DNA from: Pedosphaera sp.
GTDB taxonomy: Bacteria > Verrucomicrobiota > Verrucomicrobiia > Limisphaerales > SIBE01
Direction of reading: 5' to 3'
Assembly (NCBI GenBank): GCA_009695265.1
Contig: SIBE01000002.1
Coordinates: forward strand, 1 to 50,961
Length of the DNA stretch: 50,961 nt
In this document: piece after piece, positions 30,314 through 39,999 of the stretch
Layout of the letters: each line of letters starts with the position of its first letter
Numbering within the stretch: the stretch's first letter is position 1
Notes under the pieces: model-generated
Told to the model about the DNA's origin: nothing
The model's input: the letters and a program-made list of their open reading frames with translations, nothing else
The model's database searches: none
Program-made: the position numbers and the translations under genes

Positions 30314-31624
30314 TCAATGGGTTTCAATTCCGGAAGGCGCAGATTTCACTTCGTGGTGCGTGATCGCCTCTTTCAGTCGCGGATCCCGCAGCGGATAAGG
30401 AGGATGAGCCGCAAACCATCGCCTGAAGACCGTGATGAGAACGAAGCCAATCCCCACGAAGCAGAGCACATCAAAAATATGCAATGACATCCCGGTCGGA
30501 TGTAGCACGGGCATGATGTTGAATTGCATATCCATGTAATGCATCAACCAAATCCATGCCGCCATTGGGAGCATGACCGTCATGGAAAGTTTGGCGTCGA
30601 TGCGTAGGAGGCACAGGAATGGAACGAAGAAATGTCCGAAGACGATGAGCATTCCCACATCCCACCAGCTCCCGGTTTCGCGAAGCACATACCAGAAAGT
30701 TTCCTCCGGAATACCGGCGTTCCAGATCAGGAAGTACTGGGAGAAGTGGATGTAGGCGTAGAAAACCGTGAATGCAAAAAGCAAAACGCCAAAGTCATGA
30801 AGCTGCCTCTTGTGGACAACATCCTTAAGTGGACCGGATTTCTTGTAATACAGGGCCAGGACGTAAGCGGTGGCCAATGTGACCCAGGTGCTCCCGGCAA
30901 AGTAGTAGACGCCGTACATCGTGGAAAACCAGGCGTGTTGGAGGGATTTCATCCAATAAATCGCCGCCAGCGTCAGCGTGAAAGCGAAAACGAAAATACC
31001 GCCGGCAGCCCACTTGCGCATGGCCACGGTATGTGAAGCCGCTCCGTCCTTGTCCTGATCCAGAGAATGCGATCGCAGGCGCCAGGAAAAAAGCCACCAG
31101 AGACAGAACAACATTACCGAGACCACCGTCCATGCCGGGCGATTAAAGAGCACTGACTTTGCCTGCAATGCGTGATCCCCAAGTGGATCGATATTCATCC
31201 AACCATAAATCTGCGGCGCAAAAATCAGAATCGGAAGGAATAACCCCAGCATCACCGGCGCAAGAGAGGCGATGTGCTCCAGCATCCGTCGAGTTGGGAC
31301 AGACCAAGCCGCATCAAACAAGTGGTGCAAGATCACGAGGAACAAGCTTCCCAAGCAAAGGCTCAGGAAAAACATGAAGGCAACCAGATAGGAATAGAGG
31401 AATTGCTTACCAAGGGTGTACTCGTGCTGTATTTGCGTGGATACGCCCGCGAGTTTTGAATCGAGAGCTGTCGTCGCAGTCGCGGTGGCGTGCTCCGCCC
31501 CTTCAACGGTGACGAAACCGAATATCACAGCGAGCGCCGAGATCAACAGACACCAGCAAAACCAGCGAGCAGATCGTCCATGACCCACAGCAGTGTCGAT
31601 ATTTGAAAGAGTTCGAGAATTCAT
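30314..31624 (-). CDS. actF: Alternative complex III membrane subunit ActF
   Basis: Polytopic. HHL...WS...RR, WMKSL...WFSTMYGVY, HDFG.LLFAF, Y..FSQYFLIW...IPEET.WY; operon position fits. Confidence 0.9.
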   Translation of the reverse strand: MNSRTLSNIDTAVGHGRSARWFCWCLLISALAVIFGFVTVEGAEHATATATTALDSKLAGVSTQIQHEYTLGKQFLYSYLVAFMFFLSLCLGSLFLVILHHLFDAAWSVPTRRMLEHIASLAPVMLGLFLPILIFAPQIYGWMNIDPLGDHALQAKSVLFNRPAWTVVSVMLFCLWWLFSWRLRSHSLDQDKDGAASHTVAMRKWAAGGIFVFAFTLTLAAIYWMKSLQHAWFSTMYGVYYFAGSTWVTLATAYVLALYYKKSGPLKDVVHKRQLHDFGVLLFAFTVFYAYIHFSQYFLIWNAGIPEETFWYVLRETGSWWDVGMLIVFGHFFVPFLCLLRIDAKLSMTVMLPMAAWIWLMHYMDMQFNIMPVLHPTGMSLHIFDVLCFVGIGFVLITVFRRWFAAHPPYPLRDPRLKEAITHHEVKSAPSGIETH

Positions 31625-31628
31625 AGAC

Positions 31629-32279
31629 CTATTTGTTCAATGAAGCCCTGAATTGTGCGGGCACATCCTCCAACGAACCAAGCCGGCTGAACTGGAGGGC
31701 ACGTAGATAGCTTATCACCGCCCAACGATCCTCAACGGCAAGCTGCGACGCATAAGGCCCCATCAAATTACGGCCGTTGGAAATCACGTGAAACAACTCA
31801 CCATCCGACATCTTTACAATACGCGGATCATGCAGAGTGGCGACGACTGCCATGCCGAGTTTCTTGGTCACACCGTTTCCATCACCCAATGGACCATGAC
31901 ACGGAAGACAGTTGATCTCGAAGCGTTGACGCCCGCGAGCCATCGACTGGGCGTCTATCACTGTTGGATTTAATTCCACCCAATTCGTCGTTCCGGTCAT
32001 CTTTCCCGAGTTGACCGGATGGTCTTCGTATGAATAAACGACGGCACCACCGGCGACATTGCGGCGAGGCTCCGATCGGGCGACGGTCCCGGAAGCTGGC
32101 AACCGGGACGCTCGGTTATCGCGGAAGAACTCATTTGGTACTTGCGGCCGAAACTTCATCTGCCGATCCATGTCAGGGAAAACTTCGATCGGCGGTTTGC
32201 GCAATACGCTTTCGCGGAAGCCGAGAACTCCGATGGAGACCGCGACTATCAAGATCCAGATGGGGAGGAAGTATCGCAT
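31629..32279 (-). CDS. actE: Alternative complex III monoheme cytochrome ActE
   Basis: FPDMDRQ.KFRPQ, GTVAR, RGRQRFEINCLPCHG..GDG, G.NLMGPY, DRWAVISY.RALQ. Start is ATG 32279. Confidence 0.9.
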   Translation of the reverse strand: MRYFLPIWILIVAVSIGVLGFRESVLRKPPIEVFPDMDRQMKFRPQVPNEFFRDNRASRLPASGTVARSEPRRNVAGGAVVYSYEDHPVNSGKMTGTTNWVELNPTVIDAQSMARGRQRFEINCLPCHGPLGDGNGVTKKLGMAVVATLHDPRIVKMSDGELFHVISNGRNLMGPYASQLAVEDRWAVISYLRALQFSRLGSLEDVPAQFRASLNK

Positions 32280-32280
32280 G

Positions 32281-32820
32281 TTAGTCCTCGACGAAATGGA
32301 TTTGCCTGCCTCCCGAATCCTCCAGGAGCTTGCGGGTTTCCGTGCTGGAATACTTCGGATCGTCGCATTGGATTGTAATGAAGAACCGGTCGTTGGAGAA
32401 TCGAGCAAACGTCCGGCTCTTGAGCAGCGGATTGTACAACTTTGGCAACCGGTTCAGGAAGAGCATCCCAAAAAGCGTACCGAATGAAGCCAGCAGAATC
32501 GTCAGCTCGTATGAAACCGGGAATGCAAACATCGGGCTGAACAGCGGTTTACCGCCGACCACCACCGGATAATCCCATTTGTTCATCCACCAGATCATCG
32601 ACATACCGGTGGTGAAACCAGTCATGCCGCCGAAAAAGGTGAACCAGCCAACTTTCGAGTTTTGAAGTCCCATCGCATCGTCCATTCCGTGAACGGGGTA
32701 TGGCGTGTGAACATCCCACCGACGGAAGCCGGCGTCGCGAACGCGCACAGCCGCATTCATGATGTCTGCCGCTGTTTCAAACTCGGCGATCAGCGCGTAA
32801 GGTGTGTTCGTCTCAGGCAT
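32281..32820 (-). CDS. actD: Alternative complex III subunit ActD (DUF3341 type)
   Basis: HTPYPVHGMDDAMG, two TMs, VGGKP.FS, FPVSYELTIL. Start is ATG 32820. Confidence 0.9.
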   Translation of the reverse strand: MPETNTPYALIAEFETAADIMNAAVRVRDAGFRRWDVHTPYPVHGMDDAMGLQNSKVGWFTFFGGMTGFTTGMSMIWWMNKWDYPVVVGGKPLFSPMFAFPVSYELTILLASFGTLFGMLFLNRLPKLYNPLLKSRTFARFSNDRFFITIQCDDPKYSSTETRKLLEDSGGRQIHFVED

Positions 32821-32841
32821 TTTCCAGGTCCTCAAATAGGT

Positions 32842-34275
32842 TTAGTGATGCCCTTTCGCACCGCCCAATGCATGGTGCGGATCCGCCTGCGGGGTCACGC
32901 CCTTCACTTCCGCGATCGCAATCACCGGAAGGAAACGCATGAACAGCAGGAACAAAGTCATGAACAAACCGAAGCTTCCCACGAACGTCAGGACGTCCAC
33001 GTAAGTCGGATAGAACATGCCCCAGCTCGATGGCAGATAATCGCGATGGAGCGAGGTCACAATGATGACGAACCGTTCGAACCACATGCCGATGTTTACG
33101 AAGATCGAAACGATGAAGACAAAAACCACGTGTGTCCGGCACCATTTGAACCAGAAGAGTTGAGGCGAAATGACGTTGCACGAAATCATCGTCCAGTAAG
33201 CCCACCAATAGGGACCGAACGCACGGTTCTTGAAGGCATAAAGCTCGTAAGGATTGCCGCCATACCAGGCGATGAAGAATTCCATGCCGTAGGCGTAACC
33301 CACGATGGAACCGGTCGCGAGGATGACCTTGCACATCAACTCGACGTGCCGGATCGTGATAACGTCGTGGAGACCGCAGACCGATCGCAACGGAATCAAA
33401 AGCGTCAGGACCATGCCGAAGCCAGAGAAGATCGCGCCAGCGACGAAGTAAGGAGGGAAGATCGTCGTGTGCCAGCCGGGCACTTGTGAAACGGCGAAGT
33501 CGAATGAAACCACCGAGTGCACCGACAAAACGAGCGGCGTGCTCAAGCCTGCGAGAAGCAAGTAGGCCTTCTCGTAATTACTCCAGTGGCGGTTTGATCC
33601 GGTCCACCCAAGAGCGAAAAGTCCGTAGAGAAATTTGCGCATCTTCGTCGTCGCACGATCACGCATCGTCGCCAGGTCAGGAACCAGGCCGACGTACCAG
33701 AATAGAAGGGAAACGGTTCCGTAAGTCGAAACCGCGAAAACGTCCCACAACAACGGCGAGCGAAACTGCGGCCAGATGCTGTTCGCATTCGGGAATGGAA
33801 TCAGGTAGCCTGGATATAGTGCAAACCACACACGACCCGTATGCACGACCGGAAAAATTCCTGCGCAAACCACTGCAAAGAGCGTCATTGCTTCAGCAGC
33901 GCGATTGATCGATGTCCGCCACTTCTGACGTAGCAAGAAAAGAATGGCCGAAATCAGTGTGCCCGCGTGGCCAATGCCGATCCAGAAGACGAAGTTCGTG
34001 ATGTCCCACGCCCACCCCACCGTGTTGTGCAATCCCCAGACACCCACGCCGGTCGAGATGAGATAGCCGATCATTCCCGCCATCATCGACATCACCGAAA
34101 AACTGATGGCGAAGGCAATCCACCACCATCGAGGCGTCTTCCCCTCTGCGATGCCGGCGATTTTGTCGCTGATCCACCCCATCGGGCGTTGGTTCAGCAC
34201 CAGCGGCACGCGCTCCAATTCGCGCGGCGGCCCGGCTAACTTCAGTGCGCCCTGACTTGATACTGCGTCAGCCAT
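32842..34275 (-). CDS. actC: Alternative complex III quinol-oxidising subunit ActC (NrfD/PsrC family)
   Basis: [74 protein letters not shown]. Confidence 0.95.
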   Translation of the reverse strand: MADAVSSQGALKLAGPPRELERVPLVLNQRPMGWISDKIAGIAEGKTPRWWWIAFAISFSVMSMMAGMIGYLISTGVGVWGLHNTVGWAWDITNFVFWIGIGHAGTLISAILFLLRQKWRTSINRAAEAMTLFAVVCAGIFPVVHTGRVWFALYPGYLIPFPNANSIWPQFRSPLLWDVFAVSTYGTVSLLFWYVGLVPDLATMRDRATTKMRKFLYGLFALGWTGSNRHWSNYEKAYLLLAGLSTPLVLSVHSVVSFDFAVSQVPGWHTTIFPPYFVAGAIFSGFGMVLTLLIPLRSVCGLHDVITIRHVELMCKVILATGSIVGYAYGMEFFIAWYGGNPYELYAFKNRAFGPYWWAYWTMISCNVISPQLFWFKWCRTHVVFVFIVSIFVNIGMWFERFVIIVTSLHRDYLPSSWGMFYPTYVDVLTFVGSFGLFMTLFLLFMRFLPVIAIAEVKGVTPQADPHHALGGAKGHH

Positions 34276-37200
34276 TAGTGCGCTCCTTTCTTTTCAGCTC
34301 CCACCGGCTCACCGTGAGCCGCTCCCGCACCGTGACTGGCAAATGGATCGTCGTGCCGATGCTCTTCATACTCCTGCAAACTTGCTGGCATCTTGTAGTA
34401 GTCCGGCATTTCGGGATTTGGATTGCGAATGCGTGCCAAGTAAGTCACGCGTGGCTTGGTATCGAGGAATCCAAGAACCGCGTAATCACGGGCTTGTCCC
34501 TTGAGTTTTGAAACCCGGCTCTCAGGGTCAAGCAGATTGCCGAATGCGATCGCCTCCGCGGGACAAACCTGAGCGCACGCCGTGGTGAATGTTCCTTCCG
34601 GAACACGCACCTGATCAGTGGCTCCAGCCTTCACTTTCTGTGAGATTTTCGCCCCTTCGATGCGCTGAATGCAGAACGTGCATTTCTCCATCACGCCGCG
34701 CATGCGAATGCTCACGTCCGGATTTTTCGCCATCTTGACGATATCCACCTCGTCCTTCGGCCTCGTCGCAAGCGGGCCCTGGTAGAGAGCCGTGAGCGGA
34801 CGCTTGTTGAAATCGAAGAAATTAAAGCGGCGAACTTTCCAGGCGCAGTTGTTCGAGCAGTACCGGGTTCCAACGCAACGATTGTAGGCCATGACATTGA
34901 TCCCTTCCTCATCATGCACGGTGGCGTTGACCGGACATACCATCTCGCAAGGAGCACTCTCGCAATGCTGGCAAAGCATCGGCTGCATGTTCACCTGCGG
35001 ATCGTCGGCTGCCTCTTCCGGGTTCTCACGCGAGCTGCTGAAATAACGATCGATTCGCATCCAGTGCATCTCGCGATTCTTGAAGATCTGATCCTTCCCA
35101 ACAATCGGAATGTTGTTTTCGCTCTGGCAGGCGATGACACAGGCGCCGCAACCGACACAGGAGTTCAGATCGATCGACATTCCCCACTGATGCACTTCGC
35201 TCTGGAGAATTTGTCGGCGATCATCACGAAGATCGGTGCCGCCGTTCTTGCCGTTTGGATGCTTGTCGTAAGGATGCTTGTAAATCGGCCCCGCGTTCGG
35301 CGCGTGCGCCTCCAGATCCATGTTCTTCGCAAACGCCGGCTTCTGCTGAAACTGCTGCCAGTTTGCCTCACGAATGATTGGGCGACCCTCCATTACACCG
35401 TGGTCTTGAGTCGTCACGACTCGGTGCGATCTGTCCAGACGCGACGGGCGCTCGACGCCGGAAGCAACAAAAGGCGCTGCCGAACCGCGAACCTCGTAGG
35501 CGCTAAAGCCCACTTTCTGACCGCCAAAGCCACCGATGCGTCCGGCTCGTTCTCGTCCGTATCCAAGAGCCAAGCCTAAGGTGAAATCTGCCAAACCCGG
35601 CTGAACCGCCACCGGCCCCTGGACTTTGAGGTCGCCGACCTTGACCTCAATCACGTCACCGGTCTTGACTCCCAACTCAACTGCAGTCTTGCGGCTCAGC
35701 AAAATCGGATTGTCCCAAACGACTTTCGTGATCGGATCGGGAAGCTCCTGAAGCCATCCGTTGTTGTTGTAACGACCGTCATCCAGCTTGGAATCTCGAA
35801 AGAAAACGACTTCCAGTTTCTCAACGGAAGGAGCTGGCACCGATTGTTGACCGCCCAGAGCTTGAGCTGTAGCCGACGACCTTAACGCAACTAAAACTGG
35901 ACGGTGGGCACTCTCAGCCAGGAAACCATCGTGGAGGAACTTCTTCCACCGTGGCTCGTTTTCGCCGCCAGCGTTGTTGGCAAAGGTCTCGCGCACCAGT
36001 TCATACGGGCTTGTCTGCGCCAAACCCGCTGCCCGCGCCAGCACTTCAATTTCCGTCATACCGCCAAATAACGGTTCTATGAGAGGCTGGATGCCAACAA
36101 TAGTGCCATCCGGAGTCCGGGCATCTCCCCAGCTCTCGAGATAATGAGCCTGCGGGATTTGAAAGTCGCTCGCCGTGGAGGTTTCATCCTCGTAGTATCC
36201 AAGGCGGATTACCTTCTTCGCCTTGCGCTGCGTTTGCGCCCAAATCAAATCCACAGGGGCATTGTAGGCAGGATTACCGCCCGAAATCACCAGCGTGTTG
36301 ACCTGGCCCGAGTTCAAAGCCTGCGCGAGTTGGCCAATCGTCCCCTCGGCTCCAATCGAAGGGGCCGTGAGGTAACTGACCGGAGCCGCCCCTCCCTGAG
36401 TGCTGCCAAGCGCGACATTCATCACAGCGGCCACAAGGTGGGCAGCCACAGGCTGGCGGTAGCCCGCTACGACGAGGGCCTTGCCTCTCTGTGCCACCAA
36501 ATCTTTCGCGCATTCGACGGCCCATTTCTCAGCATCGGGAGCGCCGTTGGCGAGTTGTTGAAGAGCTGCGTTCAACTCGGGTGTCGCCGGGAAGTTTGTC
36601 TGTTTAAGAACCTCGATCGCAACACGAGCACCGATCTTGACAACCGAGCTCGTCGAAATGCGAAGCCGATGATCCGCGTTTGACCCGGTCACAGTCAGCA
36701 GACCCTCGACGACGTAGAGACGGCTCATCTTGTCGCCAGGTTTCTCAACCCGACGCCCGGCGGCGTAACCACGAATATGCTTCCATGCGTTGTCCTCCGC
36801 ACCCGCAAAATCACAGTCCAGAGACAAAATCGCCGAAGCTGTGCCGAAGCGGTAGGAAGCAATCACCGGCTGGCCAAAAGCGATGGTCAATGCTTGCGCC
36901 TCAAAACCCATATCCGCAGGCTCGTAAACATGCCACGTCGCTTGCGGATACTTCTGTGCGATCAGGGCCTGCAACCGTGCTCGCGTGGGCGAATTATTTC
37001 GTTCCACGAGGAAAGAAAGTCCGTCACCGCGATTTTGTCCAAAGCGGACCTCAATCTGGCGCAATTCGTCGATGGCAGCCTCGCGAGTTGCAGTCGAACC
37101 GGCGCTTGTAAATCGCGTCGCCCGATCCGGATCATAAAGATCCAGGATGGATGCTTGCGCAAAAACGTTTGTTCCGCCGCCGCTCTCAGGATGGCCAAGG

Positions 37201-37574
37201 TTGCCCTCGATCTTCGTGGGCCGTCCGTCACTCGACTTCACAAGCAGAGGAACTGCCCCACCCCTCCCAGGCATGGCCGTTGCGTAATACTGTGCGACGC
37301 CGTGGACATACCCTTCCGGCATTTTCGAGAATGGATGGATATACTCCTCCGGCTTGCGGCAGCCGGTGAGTCCGATGCCCGCGAGCGCAAAGGAAGCGGA
37401 CATCAACTGCATGAAAGAACGCCGTGTCACCGGGTCCGTCAATTCGCTCGCGCCGTCGGGAAACTCACGTGCCGCCCACTGCTTGAACTCCGGGGTTTCA
37501 GCCAGGTGATCGAGACTGCGCCAATACTTTGGACCCGTGTCCGGTTCCGGGCATGGAGGAGGAATGATTTTCAT
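34275..37574 (-). CDS. actB: Alternative complex III ActB (molybdopterin-oxidoreductase-like domain fused to a Fe-S domain)
   Basis: YWRSL, Tat motif TRRSFM with LTGC lipobox, [21 protein letters not shown]. Fe-S motifs [36 protein letters not shown] and MEKCTFC..CAQVCP. Confidence 0.95.
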   Translation of the reverse strand: MKIIPPPCPEPDTGPKYWRSLDHLAETPEFKQWAAREFPDGASELTDPVTRRSFMQLMSASFALAGIGLTGCRKPEEYIHPFSKMPEGYVHGVAQYYATAMPGRGGAVPLLVKSSDGRPTKIEGNLGHPESGGGTNVFAQASILDLYDPDRATRFTSAGSTATREAAIDELRQIEVRFGQNRGDGLSFLVERNNSPTRARLQALIAQKYPQATWHVYEPADMGFEAQALTIAFGQPVIASYRFGTASAILSLDCDFAGAEDNAWKHIRGYAAGRRVEKPGDKMSRLYVVEGLLTVTGSNADHRLRISTSSVVKIGARVAIEVLKQTNFPATPELNAALQQLANGAPDAEKWAVECAKDLVAQRGKALVVAGYRQPVAAHLVAAVMNVALGSTQGGAAPVSYLTAPSIGAEGTIGQLAQALNSGQVNTLVISGGNPAYNAPVDLIWAQTQRKAKKVIRLGYYEDETSTASDFQIPQAHYLESWGDARTPDGTIVGIQPLIEPLFGGMTEIEVLARAAGLAQTSPYELVRETFANNAGGENEPRWKKFLHDGFLAESAHRPVLVALRSSATAQALGGQQSVPAPSVEKLEVVFFRDSKLDDGRYNNNGWLQELPDPITKVVWDNPILLSRKTAVELGVKTGDVIEVKVGDLKVQGPVAVQPGLADFTLGLALGYGRERAGRIGGFGGQKVGFSAYEVRGSAAPFVASGVERPSRLDRSHRVVTTQDHGVMEGRPIIREANWQQFQQKPAFAKNMDLEAHAPNAGPIYKHPYDKHPNGKNGGTDLRDDRRQILQSEVHQWGMSIDLNSCVGCGACVIACQSENNIPIVGKDQIFKNREMHWMRIDRYFSSSRENPEEAADDPQVNMQPMLCQHCESAPCEMVCPVNATVHDEEGINVMAYNRCVGTRYCSNNCAWKVRRFNFFDFNKRPLTALYQGPLATRPKDEVDIVKMAKNPDVSIRMRGVMEKCTFCIQRIEGAKISQKVKAGATDQVRVPEGTFTTACAQVCPAEAIAFGNLLDPESRVSKLKGQARDYAVLGFLDTKPRVTYLARIRNPNPEMPDYYKMPASLQEYEEHRHDDPFASHGAGAAHGEPVGAEKKGAH

Positions 37575-38221
37575 CGATGACAGGCGGAGCAGTTTTGAGA
37601 GGAATTGACCTTCCAGTCATGCACGAACTTCTCACCGAGTTGAAGCTGGGCGGCTTCGTTCGTGTGCCAATTCAGGTTGAAGACCTGCTCCGGCGGACGG
37701 ATGTTCTTTTCGGGATTCCGGTGGCAATCAAGACAGAAACCCATGCTTAACGGCTGTGCATGGCGCACTTCGTCCATCTTGTTGATCTCACCGTGGCAAC
37801 TAAAGCAACTGACCCCACGGTTCACGTGAACGGAATGATTAAAATAGACGTAATCCGGGGTCTTGTGGATCTGAACCCACGGAATTGCCTTCCCGGTGTT
37901 GTAGCTTTCCCGGACAAGCGCCAGCTTCGGATCATTTGCCAGGATCTGGTTGTGGCAATTCATGCACGTTGAAGCCGCAGGAATATTTGAGTACCAGGAT
38001 TTCTCCACCCCATTGTGGCAATACCGGCAGTCCAAGCCAACCTGATCCACGTGAATCGCATGGGAAAACGCGACCGGCTGGACGGGCTGATAGCCCACCC
38101 GGGTGTACTTTGGTGTCGCGTAGTAAGTGATCCCCGCGAACACAGTGGTTCCTGCGATCAAGGCTCCAGCGATCACTCGCGTCGGAAGCTTGTTCGTCCA
38201 CTTTGGAAAAATGTCTGACAT
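37571..38221 (-). CDS. actA: Alternative complex III pentaheme cytochrome c ActA
   Basis: N-terminal TM, QPVAFSH..H, five CxxCH motifs (CRYCH, CMNCH, CFSCH, CLDCH, CSACH), PDYVYFNHS.H. Likely start ATG 38221. Confidence 0.95.
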   Translation of the reverse strand: MSDIFPKWTNKLPTRVIAGALIAGTTVFAGITYYATPKYTRVGYQPVQPVAFSHAIHVDQVGLDCRYCHNGVEKSWYSNIPAASTCMNCHNQILANDPKLALVRESYNTGKAIPWVQIHKTPDYVYFNHSVHVNRGVSCFSCHGEINKMDEVRHAQPLSMGFCLDCHRNPEKNIRPPEQVFNLNWHTNEAAQLQLGEKFVHDWKVNSSQNCSACHR

Positions 38222-38569
38222 CGGAAAGCTGTGTAAAATCTCCACCCAGAAGCCGCTTAACTACGAAACCCGTAAACAAGCATCACCCGCAGCGCGCCAG
38301 TCCCATTAAACTTCATCAATTGAGTCCTTCTTCCCCTCGATTCGCGCCGCTCAATAAGTAATGCTTTTCCAATGGGCAGTGATGTTTAACGGGAGGGAAA
38401 GTCAAAGCAAGCAACTTCACGCTTTGCATCGAACATTTCCGTTTGCTTAATAATGGCAATAAGCCACGCCTGCTGGCACCGGGTGCCTAGCCAAGCTCAG
38501 AAACACTATTTAAGCCCAAATTGGAGGGCCGGCTCACATCAATTTCGTTCACGAAAACAACGCTCTCAC

Positions 38570-39883
38570 TTACTCTCCTCTTCGATACGCCTCAGCCAGC
38601 AATGTGATCGGATGCACCAGCCGCACTTGCATCCCCTCACGCCGCGCGCCATTGACGAGCTGCAACAGGCACCCAGGATTCGCCGTCGCCACCACCATCG
38701 CTCCGGTTTTGCGGATGTGTCCAAGCTTCCGATTCAAAAGCTCCGTTGCCATCTCCGGCTGAATCAAATTGTAAATCCCAGCGCTGCCGCAGCACCAAGT
38801 GCTTTCGGCCAATTCCACTAATTTCAAGTTCGGGATCGCCCTCAACACCTGACGAGGCTGCAAGGTGATCTTCTGCCCATGGCACAAATGGCAAGCCTCA
38901 TGATAAGTGACCAGCATTTCATCGCAAATGTCCTTCGAGGTGCTTTGATTCACCCCCTTTGGAGATGTGATCCCGATCTCTACCAACCACTCGTGAACAT
39001 CCTTCACCTTCATGTCCCATAGCTGCGCTCGTTCCTCATAAGCCGCATCGCCAGCCAATAATTTCGCATAATGTTTCAAATGTGAACCGCAGCCAGCCGC
39101 GTTCGTGATGATCGCGTCGAACTTCTCCGGCGGAAACTGATCGATGTTCACGCGCGCCAGCCGTTGCGCCAGCTCCCACTCTCCGTTATGCGCGTGCAAC
39201 GAGCCGCAGCACGATTGCTCGGGAGGCGTCGCCACTTCGCACCCATTCCGGGCCAAAACTTCCACCGTGTCCCGATTCACATCACTGAAAATCAAGTCCT
39301 GCGCGCAACCTGTGAGCATCGCCACGCGGTAACGCTTTTCACCGACAGCCGGCGTGCCAGGCGCAATCAGCTCATCCGAGAATTTCCGTTGCATTGTGGG
39401 TGTCATCTCCTCCAGCTCGCGAAAACGCTTCGGCAAAAGTTTCAGAACGCCGGTGCGCCGAACGAATGTCTGCAAGCCAAGCCGCTGGTACAACCTCAGC
39501 ACGTGTCCGAGCAAATGCAGCCGCCGCAAATCCATGAACAACCACTGCAAGGTGAACCCACGCACCAGTCCCCTGCCCTGCGAATCCAGCGTGCCGCTTT
39601 GTTCCGCCTCCGCCCGCGCATGCTCGAACAGTTCCGCATAATTCACTCCCGCCGGGCACGCCGTCATGCACGCCAGACAACCCAGACAAAAATACATCTC
39701 ATCCGCGAAGGTCTTCGTCGCCTCCATCTTCCCATCAGCAATTGCGCGCATCAGAGCGATGCGACCGCGCGGGCTGTTGCGCTCCAGTTTTGTCGCGTCA
39801 TAAGTGGGGCACGTGGGCAGGCACAGCCCGCAATGCATGCATTGCTGTACCACCGAATAGTCCAGATTCTTCAGATGCGACAT
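38570..39883 (-). CDS. glcF: GlcF-like Fe-S oxidoreductase (two 4Fe-4S motifs plus two CCG domains)
   Basis: CMHCGLCLPTCPTY, SPRGRI, CLGCLACMTACP, CCGSLHAHNG, YHEACHLCHGQ, CCGSAGIYN, ANPGC. Likely start ATG 39883 after GAAGGAAG. Confidence 0.8.
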   Translation of the reverse strand: MSHLKNLDYSVVQQCMHCGLCLPTCPTYDATKLERNSPRGRIALMRAIADGKMEATKTFADEMYFCLGCLACMTACPAGVNYAELFEHARAEAEQSGTLDSQGRGLVRGFTLQWLFMDLRRLHLLGHVLRLYQRLGLQTFVRRTGVLKLLPKRFRELEEMTPTMQRKFSDELIAPGTPAVGEKRYRVAMLTGCAQDLIFSDVNRDTVEVLARNGCEVATPPEQSCCGSLHAHNGEWELAQRLARVNIDQFPPEKFDAIITNAAGCGSHLKHYAKLLAGDAAYEERAQLWDMKVKDVHEWLVEIGITSPKGVNQSTSKDICDEMLVTYHEACHLCHGQKITLQPRQVLRAIPNLKLVELAESTWCCGSAGIYNLIQPEMATELLNRKLGHIRKTGAMVVATANPGCLLQLVNGARREGMQVRLVHPITLLAEAYRRGE

Positions 39884-39999
39884 GACTTCCTTCATCTCTC
39901 GAAGAAATGGATGCACGTGCAGCCTGTGGATTCAATCTATTAAACAAGTTCTGCAAGCCGTCTTGCCAGTTTTGAAACATCAGGCCAGACTCTCGACTC

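Noticed and set aside
34275-37574. ActB as an active molybdoenzyme (nitrate or polysulfide reductase)
   Set aside because: The fusion to the Fe-S domain and the actA/C/D/E/F context identify it as ACIII ActB, which is known to lack a Mo cofactor.
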